DNA of 64,000 nucleotides, taken from the NCBI GenBank assembly GCA_002269645.1, contig NIVC01002256.1, forward strand, positions 124,001 to 188,000, in the 5' to 3' direction. This document shows positions 14,387 to 28,175 of the stretch, in pieces. Within the stretch, counting starts at the first letter, position 1. Each line of letters opens with the position of its first letter. The stretch is from Macrostomum lignano (Eukaryota). Under the pieces are notes generated by a model, which saw nothing but the letters and a program-made list of their open reading frames with translations, had not been told where the DNA came from and ran no database searches. The position numbers were made by a program, and so were the translations under genes.

Positions 14387-15760
14387 CTGGATGCATGCAA
14401 ATTCGGCGACAAACAAATTTGGTGACAAAGATTCACAATGGACTAATTCGGCAAAAGCAAATTTGGCAACAATCTAGGCAAATTTGGCAACACGTCTTTC
14501 TATAGCTAGCCTAAAGACAAGTTAAAGCAAATGAGATATGGGTGGAAAAAAATTAAACTTGGGGGTTTGACTTGAAATCAGTCAGTTGCTGACACTCATG
14601 AATGAGGTGGGGGCAGATTCCACATTTGAATTCCTGCCAGCGTTGCATTCGGAGGGTAGTTGTATCATAGTAGAGCCGTTCGTGTAGCAGCGCGGTCGTT
14701 CAAATGGTATACACTGAGGGCCTTTTCATATTGCTTGTTCTGGTTCTAGAACCAGAACCAATTTGTGAAGTATAACTTTTTGTCTCCATAACTAGAGGGA
14801 AATACGTGCTATAAAGTTTTTATTATTGAATGACAATTGCCAAGAAGAAAGTGAAAAATTGTGCTAAGTGAGGTTGTTAAAGCAGTCAAATATTCAACAG
14901 AATTAAATAGTTATAGGCCCTACTGCTATTTTTCTTGGGAGATCCAAACCGATTCTGATTCTAGAATTGGTAATATGAAAAGCCTCCAAGATTTTGACAC
15001 CATAGATTAATGCATCGATTTGCTGAGCTTGTTACTTTCAGTAGGATAGAGCTGCCACCACCGTAATTTACATATTATGGAACAAATAAGTCTCAGAACT
15101 TCTTTAGTTAGGCCTAAGAACTTTGATTGTTTTACATCCCATGGGCAAAGAACTCAAGATATGCTATGGCTTATAGATCAACAAATAAATAAGATGTAGC
15201 TGTTATTATTTATTGTCAGTTATTAATTATTAGCAGGCAAAGAGCAAATAAAATAAATGTGTGCAAGAATCAGCAAGTTAAATGGAGCAGAGGATAAAAG
15301 AAAGGGCAAGGAAGGTAACAGAATTAACACATGAAAACAGGGGATTAAATAGGGGTAGCAAGCAATTCTGCAGGTGGGAGCAACTGCTGGATGCAACGGT
15401 GGGAACCCATGGGCATAGCATGGACAAAAGAAAAAAAACTAGGAGCATCAGTGCAACTTAACAAAGTTCCACAAAAAGGATAATAATAGCCAACGCATAG
15501 AGCACATGGTAGAACAATGCCTGGACAAGCAGAAGCAAACCACACTAGGGATAATATGACTCAGTTAAAAAGGGAAAGCTAATCTGCATTATAGAATACC
15601 ATTCTACAAAAGGAATTATTCAAATCATACACAATTGTTTTTCCTTCATTAATTGTCGCCGAATTTGCCTAGATTGTCACTGAATTTGCTTTCACCAAAT
15701 TAGTCCATTGTGAATCTCTGTCACCAAATTTGTTTGTCGCCAAACTGGTCAGCACCTGGC
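14387..15760. mobile_element. Foldback/MITE-like element with ~100-bp inverted arms, flanked by TTAA, containing a nested Harbinger MITE
   Basis: 14400-14490 (GGCGACAAACAAATTTGGTGACA...ATTCACAATGGACTAATT...CAATCTAGGCAAATT) is the reverse complement of 15650-15745. TTAA at 14383-14386 and 15761-15764. Confidence 0.55.
14718..14986. mobile_element. PIF/Harbinger-like MITE, copy 2
   Basis: Direct repeat of 13261-13520 with scattered substitutions and a decayed 3' TIR. Confidence 0.8.
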
Positions 15761-17391
15761 TTAACTTCTATATCTGAATCCCACTAGTAACTTAATAAGC
15801 CACTAGGCTATATTAGTGGTCTTTATCCTATCCTATGATATGAAATTCTATAAATGTATTGCCACCAAGCTATTATAGTGCTATATGTTTAATGTTTTTT
15901 TAAATCCCACTAAGCTGCTGCCAAAGTTATAGTAAGCCTAGGGATAACTTTTCTTTGTTCTATTTATTTACTTTGCCCTAATTTATTCCTATTAATAGAT
16001 TTCTTTTAGTCTTAGATGCATTCCTAAAGGTGTCACAGCTTTTAAGCATTTGCATTGCTACAAGGTGATTTTATTGCTCTATAGTGATTTCTTGCTTTAA
16101 GATGATTTTTGCTTAGAGTCCCAACTCCTGAATCTTACATATATGCCAAAAAATTCTAGCATACAATGGACATAAAAATGGCTAGCATATTTGTATCTTG
16201 TATACAAAAAATCCACAGGAAAATTGCATTACAAATCTGGTGTATAGTGTAGCTATTGACATATAGAAGACCAAAATATTGTAATACAAGAAAGGGTCCT
16301 ATATTGTCATAATTATAAAGGTGTTTTATTGCTGCAATACCTTTTTAATAATGCCTGGCATATATATCATGAGTAAATAGTTTTTTTTCTGATATAAACT
16401 AGTTTATAATGCAAGAGTCAATTTTGCCAGTGTACCATGTGTCCATATAATATATATTAGAGTTTGGCTTTTAGTAGGTCTCAATTCTCCCAATTTGGGT
16501 CTTTTTATTGACTAGAAATGATTAATGCCTTTAAAGATATAAAAAAATGAATTTTGATTATCTTTCCAAAGTTGGAAGGTTCAAGCTAGAATTTCCTATT
16601 CAAATGCAAAGGTGAGCATAAGTTGTCTGCTCCTCTCAGATTTGCATTCTAATTGTGCTATTTAGGAAACACATTTTTAACAAATAGGCCTATATTCTAA
16701 AAATATTATTTCATAGCATTACATTAAGTATTTTCTACTATTATAAAAAAGTAAGTTTCAGTTCAAGAAAGTTAACTTTTGGCACTTGTTTGGATGCTGG
16801 AACTTTAAAAAAAAGTGACTTTTGGTATTTCCATTATTGGTCCTTTCTAGTTTTAAAGAATTGCCAATTTAAAAGTGCTTCAACATTTCTTTAGGAAAAA
16901 AACAAAAAAATGTTGGTCCAAAGTTTAATATACAGTTATTCCTCAAATGAAAATTCTGCATAATATATTTTATTAATATTGCATCCAAAATTTGAGTGAA
17001 TTAATAAAAACTTTTAGAAAACAAAGATTAGCAGTGTATTAGGATACTACACTTCCAATTTGTAGAAAAACTTTTGGAGACCAATTTTCAACTGTTGATT
17101 CTGACCCCTTACAAGTATAAATAGAGATAATTTTTGGCCAATATGTATGTTACAATGAGTACAACACTTCAGCCAAATTTTAGTTTGTGGCTCATTCTTG
17201 TTGCTCTTCCATAGTATTATACTGTATTTTTATAGCAACTACTTTAAAAGTGATATAAGTATAATTTTATATTGCTGACTTATTTAAAATCAATTGTACA
17301 TAATCTTCTGGCAGCCTTGGAAAAAGTTAAGAATTAAGAAAAATTATATCAGGATAGCAAATAGCTGCAATTTGATAGATGGACCAATGTA

Positions 17392-18281
17392 ACAACAAAC
17401 AACAAGTTACGCCCCAGGGTTGATGTTGGGCATCACAGGTTGCGCCTCAGAGCATGGGAGTGGAGAAAGGCCAGTCCACCGGCCTGGTTGGGGGTGCCAG
17501 CATTGGCCAGCAGGCAGTCTGGATATTGCCGAGTGCGTGCCTGCCCCTGCCAGAAGGGCGCCAGGAGTGCAAGCAGCAGCATCTCCTGCGCTGGCTCGGG
17601 CAGTATGCCTCAGCGCGGATGAGGTGGCCTGCTAGCTGGAGCCACCGGCAGCGGAGCAGATTGCTGGGGCGGGCCAGGCGAGCTCGGGCGTACAGCGCCG
17701 CGTTAGTGACATGCTCGCCGCCACTGATCTTGAAGGCAGCGTGCAGCAGGCCGGCATGCACCGCATCGACCTGTCGCTCAAGCATCTCCATCAGCATCCA
17801 TGTTTCAGCATTTTAGAGCAGGACAGTCTTGATCACTGCCTGGAACAATGCCGAGCGCTGGCAGTCTGGCAGGGCCGCAGAGTGCAAGACAGTCCTCATG
17901 GAGTTGAAGGCCACCCAAGCGAGTCCACGGCGATGCCTTAGGTCGTCGAAGGCATCAGGTACCAGGCTGCCAAGGTACACAAACTGCTGAATGCATGGCA
18001 GCAGCGTTGCCTGCCCATCAGTGCCTCGGCAGTAGATGTCGGCTTGGATGTTGATGGGCATGGTGAGCACGACAGTCTTTTGCATGTTGATCACCAGGCC
18101 AACGCTCGCAGCAATGCCAACCAGATGGTCCAGCTGACATTGGACGCCCTTGATGGTTGAGGACAGCAGGGCGAGATCATTGGCATAGCCCAGGATGCTG
18201 AGGCGACGCTCTGGCTAGCGGTGGCCCACACGGTGTTGCAGGAGGAAGCCATCGTTGGCTGTTGGTAGGGCAGTCCGCAGC
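17392..18281 (-). mobile_element. 5'-truncated RTE-like non-LTR retrotransposon with 9-bp TSD
   Basis: Minus-strand RT motifs LGYANDLALL (YADD variant), FVYLGSLV, RRGLAWVAF, AETWML, LQLAGHLIRA. Short (TTG)-rich tail. TSD ACCAATGTA at 17383-17391 and 18282-18290. Confidence 0.88.
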
Positions 18282-19828
18282 ACCAATGTACAAGACATTA
18301 AATAATTTGATTGGTGCTTTTGTGCTATAATATAAAAAATGTAACTAGTCTCAAGAGTTTTAAATCATAAACACTTTTAAAGTGCATCAATAATTCTGTA
18401 GAAACATCCAAATAGAGAAACTGATCTCCAATTTTTTTGAATCTTGAGTATAGAATTCTAATATATTGCTAATGGATATCTTATAGTAAAAAACTTGCAA
18501 GGAGTTGATAAACAAGGATTTTTTTGGTTTAACAAAGCAATTTATAAGCAAAAAAACAAATAAAGTACAAAAAGAATGCTTGTTAATCTTCACAGGAATT
18601 TTAATTTTTTGGGTCATAAAGTCAGGTTTTATAGCATATCAAAGCCTAAAGATATTGCCCAGTTAATCTTTTTTGTATTTCACTAGAGTTGTTATCCTGT
18701 TAACTTATTGTTTAAGTAGTTACTAAAAAGTCCTTCATTCTTCATTCTTTAAAAAAGCTGCTTTAAAAAAGTAACTTAAAGCTAGTACTAAAAGTGCCAG
18801 AAGTGCCAGAGCTTTGCCCAACACTGCAATAAACTATTAATTCTCCAGTTTAGATGTAGTCCTAAAGGCATATTAGAAGGCCATGGCTTTAGTGCTATAT
18901 ATAGGCCCTTAAATCTCAAATTTAGACTTAATTTCTCCTTAACTTCCCTCTCAATATTCTCTTAATCATTAGTATAAGTATATGCTCATATATAGCGAGT
19001 TTCTAATCTTTTTATTTAATTTTGGAAGATATGAAGATGAATAGTCTTCAATATAGTTTTATATTTATATATATATATTTACTAGAAACACACTAGGCTT
19101 AGCTTATCTATTCCTTAATCTTAAATTGAGCAAGCAAACAGTTGCTCCAGTTTTAGCAAAATTTGTATTAATATTCTATTTGTATTATATTTCTATTAAT
19201 ATGAAATCCTGCAGAGTTTAACAAAGTATTTAGTATAGGCCTAAATTAGAATTGTGCAAAAATAATTAGGCCCTAATGACGTATAAAATGGAGACCTTCT
19301 ATAATTCTATGTAATTGTATTATTGGAAAATATATAAGTGGTATTTAACATCCTTAACTATTGGCTGAATTTGCAAAATTTAGCTAGCATAAATTATCTT
19401 AGGCCTTATGGTAAGTCTCAAAAATGGATACTTTTATTCTTTTTTGGCAAAATTTAATGGCAACATGAAATACCGTATTGTTTGACATCGTTTTTGGGTA
19501 GGTCTCCAAACTAAGTATTATGGCGAGTGTAGTTTTAGGGGTTGTATTTGTATGCATGTAAACCTATTTTTATTTAGCATAAATAATAATATACTTACTA
19601 TGGATTTGTATATATAATAAAATCTGGTCAATACTTGACTAGTTCTTAGATCATTCTTTGAGTTCAATACTCTAAAGCACTGATTAAAATCCCAAGACAA
19701 AATTTAAACATGCTTTTGCAAATCTAAGGATCTGTCTGTCTCAAAACAATTGTTTAATTTCATGCAAAAATTCCAGAGCTCTCCCAAATATTGCTATTGG
19801 CGTAGTTCATATTGCTACATCATATTGC

Positions 19829-20012
19829 ATGGATCAGGGTCACGAGCTGCCACTGCCAGCATATGCACGCGAGTCATTGGGACTGACCCATCTGACCTCC
19901 GACCAGCGCATCGCAGCAGTTCGGTCCTTTGTTCGAGCTCGAATAGTGCGGAATGATTCCAAAGCTGAGATTGCTCATCGGGATGTGCTGTTCACTGGCC
20001 GGCCATCGCCAG
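19829..20012 (+). CDS. POP4: RNase P/MRP subunit p29, exon 1 of 3; join(19829..20012,24302..24468,24787..25203), ~255 aa
   Basis: ATG start; AAVRSFVRAR resembles the POP4 N-terminal helix; donor CAG|GTTTGT (phase 1) matches exon 2. Confidence 0.65.
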
Positions 20013-20130
20013 GTTTGTCTCGAAGCGTTTCTTAAGTTCTTGAGAGTAGTCAGATCTGAAATAATTTTAATATTTGCTAAACGCACACTTTTATCTTGAT
20101 TTTTAAAAATACCACTCAAAATCTCTTTCA

Positions 20131-23100
20131 CTGCATTAAGAATCGCCCCTAATCTGCATTGAGAATCGCCTCTAATCTATATTTAGAATCGCCCCTAATC
20201 TATATTGAGAATCGCCCCTAATCTGTATTGAGAATCGCCCCTAATCTATATTGAGAATCGCCCCTAATCTATATTGAGAATCGCCCCTAATCTGTATTGA
20301 GAATCGCCCCTAATCTATATTGAGAATCGCCCCTAATCTATATTGAGAATCGCCCCTAATCTGTATTGAGAATCGCCCCTAATCTATATTGAGAATCGCC
20401 CCTAATCTATATTGAGAATCGCCCCTAATCTATATTGAGAATCGCCCCTAATCTACATTGAGAATCGCCCCTAATCTATATTGAGAATCGCCCCTAATCT
20501 GCATTGAGAATCGCCCCTAATCTGCATTGAGAATCGCCCCTAATCTGCATTGAGAATCGCCCCTAATCTATATTGAGAATCGCCCCTAATCTGCATTGAG
20601 AATCGCCCCTAATCTACATTGAGAATCGCCCCTAATCTGTATTGAGAATCGCCCCTAATCTATATTGGGAATCGCCCCTAATCTATATTGAAAATCGCCC
20701 CTAATCTATATTGAGAATCGCCCCTAATCTGTATTGAGAATCGCCCCTAATCTGTATTGAGAATCGCCCCTAATCTATATTGAGAATCGCCCCTAATCTA
20801 TATTGAGAATCGCCCCTAATCTATATTGAGAATCGCCCCTAATCTATATTGAGAATTGCCCCTAATCTATATTGAGAATCGCCCCTAATCTGTATTGAGA
20901 ATCGCCCCTAATCTGCATTGAGAATCGCCCCTAATCTACATTGAGAATCGCCCCTAATCTGTATTGAGAATCGCCCCTAATCTATATTGAGAATCGCACC
21001 TAATCTGCATTGAGAATCGCCCCTAATCTATATTGAGAATCGCCCCTAATCTGCATTGAGAATCGCCCCTAATCTACATTGAGAATCGCCCCTAATCTGT
21101 ATTGAGAATCGCCCCTAATCTGTATTGAGAATCGCCCCTAATCTACATTGAGAATCGCACCTAATCTGCATTGAAAATCGCCACTAATCTGCATTGAAAA
21201 TCGCCACTAATCTGCATTGAGAATCGCCACTAATCTATATTGAGAATCGCCCCTAATCTGCATTGAGAATCGCCACTAATCTATATGGAGAATCGCCACT
21301 AATCTATATGGAGAATCGCCCCTAATCTGCATTGAGAATCGCCACTAATCTACATTGAGAATCGCCCCTAATCTGCATTGAGAATCGCCCCTAATCTGCA
21401 TTGAGAATCGCCCCTAATCTATATTGAGAATCGCCCCTAATCTGCATTGAGAATCGCCTCTAATCTGCATTGAGAATCGCCCCTAATCTGCATTGAGAAT
21501 CGCCCCTAATCTGTATTGAGAATCGCCCCTAATCTGCATTGAGAATCGCCCCTAATCTATATTGAGAATCGCCCCTAATCTGCATTGAGAATCGCCCCTA
21601 ATCTGCATTGAGAATCGCCTCTAATCTGCATTGAGAATCGCCCCTAATCTGCATTGAGAATCGCCCCTAATCTGTATTGAGAATCGCCCCTAATCTGCAT
21701 TGAGAATCGCCCCTAATCTATATTGAGAATCGCCCCTAATCTGCATTGAGAATCGCCCCTAATCTGCATTGAGAATCGCCCCTAATCTGCATTGAGAATC
21801 GCCCCTAATCTACATTGAGAATCGCCTCTAATCTGCATTGAGAATCGCCCCTAATCTGCATTGAGAATCGCCCCTAATCTGTATTGAGAATCGCCCCTAA
21901 TCTGCATTGAGAATCGCCCCTAATCTATATTGAGAATCGCCCCTAATCTGCATTGAGAATCGCCCCTAATCTGCATTGAGAATCGCCCCTAATCTGCATT
22001 GAGAATCGCCCCTAATCTATATTGAGAATCGCCCCTAATCTGCATTGAGAATCGCCCCTAATCTATATTGAGAATCGCCCCTAATCTGCATTGAGAATCG
22101 CACCTAATCTGCATTGAGAATCGCCCCTAATCTGCATTGAGAATCGCCCCTAATCTGCATTGAGAATCGCCCCTAATCTATATTGAGAATAGCCCCTAAT
22201 CTGCATTGAGAATCGCACCTAATCTGCATTGAGAATCGCCCCTAATCTGTATTGAGAATCGCCCCTAATCTGCATTGAGAATCGCCCCTAATCTGCATTG
22301 AGAATCGCCCCTAATCTATATTGAGAATCGCCCCTAATCTGCATTGAGAATCGCCCCTAATCTATATTGAGAATCGCCCCTAATCTGCATTGAGAATCGC
22401 ACCTAATCTGCATTGAGAATCGCCCCTAATCTGCATTGAGAATCGCCCCTAATCTGCATTGAGAATCGCCCCTAATCTATATTGAGAATAGCCCCTAATC
22501 TGCATTGAGAATCGCACCTAATCTGCATTGAGAATCGCCCCTAATCTGTATTGAGAATCGCCCCTAATCTGCATTGAGAATCGCCCCTAATCTGCATTGA
22601 GAATCGCCCCTAATCTGCATTGAGAATCGCCCCTAATCTATATTGAGAATCGCCCCTAATCTATATTGAGAATCGCCCCTAATCTGTATTGAGAATCGCC
22701 CCTAATCTATATTGAGAATCGCCCCTAATCTACATTGAGAATCGCCCCTAATCTGCATTGAGAATCGCCCCTAATCTACATTGAGAATCGCCCCTAATCT
22801 ACATTGAGAATTGCCCCTAATCTACATTGAGAATCGCCCCTAATCTGTATTGAGAATCGCCCCTAATCTGTATTGAGAATCGCCCCTAATCTACATTGAG
22901 AATCGCCCCTAATCTACATTGAGAATCGCCCCTAATCTACATTGAGAATCGCACCTAATCTGCATTGAGAATCGCCCCTAATCTATATTGAGAATCGCCC
23001 CTAATCTGCATTGAGAATCGCCCCTAATCTGCATTGAGAATCGCCCCTAATCTACATTGAGAATCGCCCCTAATCTACATTGAGAATGGCCCCTAATCTA

Positions 23101-23160
23101 CATTGAGAATCGCCCCTAATCTGCATTGAGAATCGCCCCTAATCTGCCTTGAGAATCGCC
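20131..23160. repeat. 23-bp minisatellite (GAGAATCGCCCCTAATCTRYATT)n in POP4 intron 1
   Basis: About 130 highly homogeneous copies. Confidence 0.98.
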
Positions 23161-23555
23161 GAGCCACCCACAGCCACCAGAATGTTCTAGAGTTTATTAA
23201 GAGTGTATTCTCCTACTCTGTAAAATTGAAATTTTAATAAAGTCAATCATTGCAAATTCGGAAATGGTCGAAGCCAAACTTAATTTGCATTTTGATGCGG
23301 ATGAAGGAATGATAGCAAGACACGAGATCCGAAATTCATTCCACGAGTCAGAAGTCTGCTTTCGCTGATAACCAACCAACAATGATGTTGGGTTTCTTTC
23401 GATTCTATTTAGTCTATTTTGCATTTTTACACCGAGTCTATCTATACAGCGATTCACGTAGAGATGTTAAAATGTGCCTAATTATCATAATGCTGATCTG
23501 CGTATTAGAATGCTGATGTGAATAGAAGATTCGCTTACCAGCATAATTTTTCATT

Positions 23556-24200
23556 TAGAGAATCGCCCCCTAATAGCGTCATATAGAATCGCCCTCTAAA
23601 AGCGTCATAGAGAATCGCCCCTAAAAGCGTCATAGAGAATCGCCCCTAAAAGCGTCATAGAGAATCGCCCCCTAAAAGCGTCATAGAGAATCGCCCTTAA
23701 AAGCGTCATAGAGAATCGCCCCCTAAAAGCGTCATAGAGAATCGCCCCCTAAGAGGGTCATAGAGAATCGCCCTTAAAAGCGTCATAGAGAATCGCCCCC
23801 TAAAAGCGTCATAGAGAATCGCCCTTAAAAGCGTCATAGAGAATCGCCCCCTAAGAGGGTCATAGAGAATCGCCCCCTAAAAGCGTCATAGAGAATCGCC
23901 CCCTAAAAGCGTCATAGAGAATCGCCCCCTAAAAGCGTCATAGAGAATCGCCCCCTAAGAGCGTCATAATCGCCCCCTAAGAGCGTCATAGAGAATCACC
24001 CCAAAACAGTCATAGAGAATCACCCAAAACCGTCATAGAGAATCACCCCAAAACCGTCATAGAGAATCACCCCAAAACCGTCATATCACCCCAAAACCGT
24101 CATAGAGAATCACCCCAAAACCGTCATAGAGAATCACCCCAAAACCGTCATAGAGAATCATCCCAAAACCGTCATAGAGAATCACCCCAAAACCGTCCTA
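23556..24200. repeat. 24-25-bp minisatellite (GAGAATCGCCCC(C)TAAAAGCGTCATA)n grading into (GAGAATCACCCCAAAACCGTCATA)n
   Basis: Tandem copies sharing the GAGAATCGCCCC core with the 23-bp array. Confidence 0.95.
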
Positions 24201-24301
24201 GAGCATCGCTCCAAAGTGTCATTGAGAATAGTTGCGTCGATATTTCGCACTGCACAAAGACAACGGAATTTCCACGGGTTTTCCATTGCCCACCCCGCCA
24301 G

Positions 24302-24468
24302 CCCGCAGGCCCTGCCGAGAGCGCAGCGGAGTCAGCCGCAATCGGACTGTACCGGGACGGGCCCTGGCTAAGCGGCTCGAGCTGTACAGCGTGAAGAAAA
24401 TTGAATTCAGTCTGGCTGAACAGATGCACCAGATGTGGCTGGAATATGCCAAGGACTGCCTGGGGCAG
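24302..24468 (+). CDS. POP4: POP4/RPP29 exon 2
   Basis: Acceptor CCGCCAG, donor CAG|GTAAAG. FSLAEQMHQMWLEYAKDCL matches the POP4 'PLHELWxQY' region. Confidence 0.75.
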
Positions 24469-24486
24469 GTAAAGTTTACCAACTTG

Positions 24487-24780
24487 CCCTAATCCTCATC
24501 AGATCAAAGATCCCACTTCCCATAATCCCCAGTGGAATAAAGATCACAACTTTTGCATTGCAGTATATTAAAGACCCCAATTCCCAAAATCCACAAGGTA
24601 TTAAAGATTCCAACTTCCCCTAATCCCAGTACAATAAAGATACCACTTCCCATAACCCCAATCGGATTAAAATCCCACTTCCCTTAATTCCCATCAGATT
24701 AAATATCCCAAGTTCCTTAATCCTCATCAGGTTGTAGATCCTAACAAAGTGCAAAATCCCACAATTTCCCACTATGATCC
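24487..24780. repeat. Degenerate ~35-bp tandem repeat filling POP4 intron 2
   Basis: Recurrent TAATCCC/ATTAAAGATCCCACTTCCC motifs. Confidence 0.7.
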
Positions 24781-24786
24781 CCACAG

Positions 24787-25203
24787 CAACTGGATCGACT
24801 CAATGCCGCCGATTCTTCATCAACAGTTAAGCATCAGCAGCAGCTTCTCCAGCAGCTTTCCGAAGCCGCGCTCCGACTGGACCTCACCGGAGCTCGAATG
24901 CTCGTCGCCCACGCCAGCACAGCCTCCCAAATCGGCCTGTCCGGCATCTGCGTGATGGAGACAAAGCTCAGCTTCCGTCTGGCCGCTCCGCCGCACGGCC
25001 GAGTGCTGACTATCCCGAAGGTGGGCACCACGCTGCACGTTGAACTCGGCTCGGTTCGGCTGACCCTGTTCGCCTCCCAGCTGACTGTCCGGCCGGCTGA
25101 GCGGGCCACGAAACGCTTCCGCAGCGGCCAGCGACCTCCGCTAGTGCACTTTGACAGCCTGCTGGAGAAGGCGGCCGCTGATGCTGCTGTCTCCGCTGAC
25201 TGA
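24787..25203 (+). CDS. POP4: POP4/RPP29 exon 3 (Rpp29/UPF0086 beta-barrel domain)
   Basis: Acceptor CCCACAG, phase 0. RLDLTGARMLV...QIGLSGICVMETK...VLTIPKVGT...RPAERATKRFR matches the Rpp29 signature (DxxGA, GxxGxxxxET, IPK, RxxERxxKxF). Stop TGA at 25201-25203. Confidence 0.85.
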   Translation, partial: QLDRLNAADSSSTVKHQQQLLQQLSEAALRLDLTGARMLVAHASTASQIGLSGICVMETKLSFRLAAPPHGRVLTIPKVGTTLHVELGSVRLTLFASQLTVRPAERATKRFRSGQRPPLVHFDSLLEKAAADAAVSAD

Positions 25204-25237
25204 ATGACAGCTGAGTGACGGGCCTACACTTTAGACT

Positions 25238-26103
25238 GGAGAGTCACTCCTTAAGCTTGAGAGTCACTCCTTAAACTTGAAAGTCAGAACATGAGAGTCA
25301 CTCTGAGAACTTAAGAGTCACTCTAAAAACTTACGAGTCACTCTGAAAATTTGAGAGTCACTCTGAGAACTTAAGAGTCACTCTGAGAAATTGAGAGCCA
25401 CTCAGCAATTGAGAGTCACTCTCTGAACTATAGAGTCACTAAGAACTATAGAGTCACTCTAAGAACTATGGAGTCACTCTCAGAACTATAGAGTCACTCT
25501 AAGAACTATGGAGTCACTCTCAGAACTTGAGAGTCACTCTCAGAACTATAGAGTCACTCTCAGAACTATAGAGTCACTCTAAGAACTATAGAGTCACTCT
25601 CAGAACTATGAAGTCACTCTAAGAACTATAGAGTCACTCTCAGAACTATAGAGTCACTCTCAGAACTATAGAGTCACTCTAAGAACCATGGAGTCACTCT
25701 CAGAACTATAGAGTCACTCTAAGAACTATAGAGTCACTCTAAGAACTATAGAGTCACTCTAAGAACCATGGAGTCACTCTCAGAACTATAGAGTCACTCT
25801 AAGAACTATAGAGTCACTCTCAGAACTATAGAGTCACTCTAAGAACTATAGAGTCACTCTCAGAACTATAGAGTCACTCTAAGAACTATAGAGTCACTCT
25901 AAGAACCATGGAGTCACTCTCAGAACTATAGAGTCACTCTAAGAACTATAGAGTCACTCTAAGAACTATAGAGTCACTCTCAGAACTATAGAGTCACTCT
26001 AAGAACTATAGAGTCACTCTAAGAACCATGGAGTCACTCTCAGAACTATAGAGTCACTCTAAGAACTATAGAGTCACTCTAAGAACTAGGGAGTCACTCT
26101 CAG
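25238..26103. repeat. 20-bp minisatellite (GAGTCACTCTMAGAACTATA)n after the POP4 stop
   Basis: About 40 copies, degenerate at the left edge. Confidence 0.96.
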
Positions 26104-26619
26104 AGCTAAGAAGTAACGCATTTTCAACTGTTCGGGCTAATATTAAATGTTAATCAATAACTTTACATTATTCAATAGTCTATTTATTAATTTGTCTGTC
26201 CCATTACAAGCAATATCAGACACCAGTGAGCACCACTAGTGAGCTCTTATCTTTTAAGGCTTTAAAATCAAAGAAGCGTTGAGAAAACGTGTCTGTTTTC
26301 TAATTATTTTTCTTTCTTTAAAATCTAATAATTTCTAGCCCGCTAAAAAGCAAGCAAATTTCTCCTGCTAGTTTTGAAGATTATTTTCTGAGCAGAGTTA
26401 TTACCTTTGCGCGACAGATAGTGAGCTCCCAGCAGACCTAAAATTGGATTTGGAAACCCCCGCGGGCCTATGGATAATTAGTATAATTTGGTGATTAGGC
26501 ATGTCGAGGCCACGAAAAGATAATTAGTTTTGGTAAAGGTGAACAGAATCTGATTAAAATTGATTTTTGCAAAAATGTGAGAGCAACCTGCCCCAGTTTA
26601 TTCTTGTGTGATACTTTAT

Positions 26620-27020
26620 TGTTTATTGATTAGTTTTAGGTCAGTTTTTTTTGTTTAGTTTTAGTTCAGGTCTGCGTTTAGTTTTAGGTCAGGTTTAAAT
26701 TCAGTTTAAGTTCAGGTTTTAGTTTAGGTTTAGGTAAAGTTTAAACTAAGGTTTGAACTAGGTTAGGTTTAGTTAAGGTTTGAACTTTGGTTTAGGTCAG
26801 GAATGAATTCAGTTTTAGGTCAGGATTGAGTTCAGTTTTAGGTCAGGTCTGAGTCTAGTTTTCGATCAGGTTTTAGTTTAGGTTTAGATCAGGTTTGGAT
26901 TTAGTTTTAAGGTTCAGGTTTTAGTTTAGGTTTAGGGCAGGTTTGAGTTTAGGTCAGGTTTGAATTCAGTTTCAGTTCATGCTTAGTCTCTCGCCCAGTT
27001 TATGTTTTAGTTTTAGTACT
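26620..27020. repeat. Degenerate TTTAGG/TCAGG short-period repeat
   Basis: Recurrent TTAGGTCAGG and TTTAGTTT motifs. Confidence 0.75.
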
Positions 27021-27609
27021 CATAAACTCGCCAGAAAGACAAGTTGACCAAAATTAGAAGGTCAGTGACTCCTTGGTCAAGTCGATGGGATGCTTCTAAT
27101 TAGATTTTTCGCATAGATTATTAGTTATAAGCCAAGTTAGTTAAGTCTGTGCTCATGTAGTAATGGAATATTTATTATAGCTGCAATCTCGTTGCTCGAA
27201 GTAGCTTTTTGCAAGTAAGGCACTCGAGAGCCCAAGATCCAGTGTCCGTCCGCACACTGTACAACCCAGTTTTCTCTGTCCGGTTTGTCCGGAACTTTCA
27301 GCCCATCCATCCCCCATAGGGCCGGGGATGCGATGCCCAATAGGGTTGGCCTGTTCTCGTTAGGAGGCTTATTTAACATTGCCGGAGCCTTGCCGAGACA
27401 GCTAATCTCTAGCTCATCTCTGTAGAGTCTCTGATCAATTGAAAATCAGTTTAGAAACTTTCTTTACGAATCCATACAGATAGCGTTTCTCGCAGATTTG
27501 TGAAGTGAGTCCATTTTTACTTGTGTACGACGTACTTTAGTTTGGCAAGTCCGGGAATTGTAGCTTTGGCTCCTTGTTATTACTTTAGTCTTACTAAATA
27601 TGCCTCAGC

Positions 27610-28000
27610 TATCTACCTACCTGCCTGCCTACCTACCTGGCTAGCTACTTACTTGCATGAATACCTACCTACTTGCCTGCCTACTTGGCCTACCTACCTA
27701 CCAACCTACCTACCAACCTACCAACCGATCTACCTGCCTACCTACCCATCTGCTTACCTAATGACATACCTACCTACCTACCTACCTACCTGCCTATACC
27801 GACCTACTACCTACCTACCAACCTATCAAATGATCTACCTACCCATCTACTTACCTAACAACCTACCTACTTATCTACCTACCTATCTACCTACGTACCT
27901 ACCTACCCAACCACCTACCTATTTACCTACCTACATACTTATCTGCCTAACTACTTGGCTACTTATTTACCTATCCGCTTGACTTACCTATCTAACTATC
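27610..28000. repeat. Degenerate (CTAC/CCTA)n tetranucleotide repeat
   Basis: Source of the (LPTY)n ORF. Confidence 0.9.
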
Positions 28001-28175
28001 GATTAAAGATAAGCTACCTCAATGCTTTACTACAAAACTATAGTTATTGATATCAAAGTATTTCATAATTATCAGTTTATAAACTTTTTTGCAGCCGCTA
28101 ATTGGCCTAGCAACCGCTAACAGCGTTGCTACAGCCTCGCTTGCCGCTGTAGGCGGTGCAAGCCATTAATTATTA

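Noticed and set aside
19820-19831. ATATTGCATG before POP4 resembling a recalled SL 3' end
   Set aside because: Match too short, and the gene has introns, so it is not a retrocopy.
20131-23160. CRISPR-like regular repeats
   Set aside because: No unique spacers and no cas genes; eukaryotic minisatellite.
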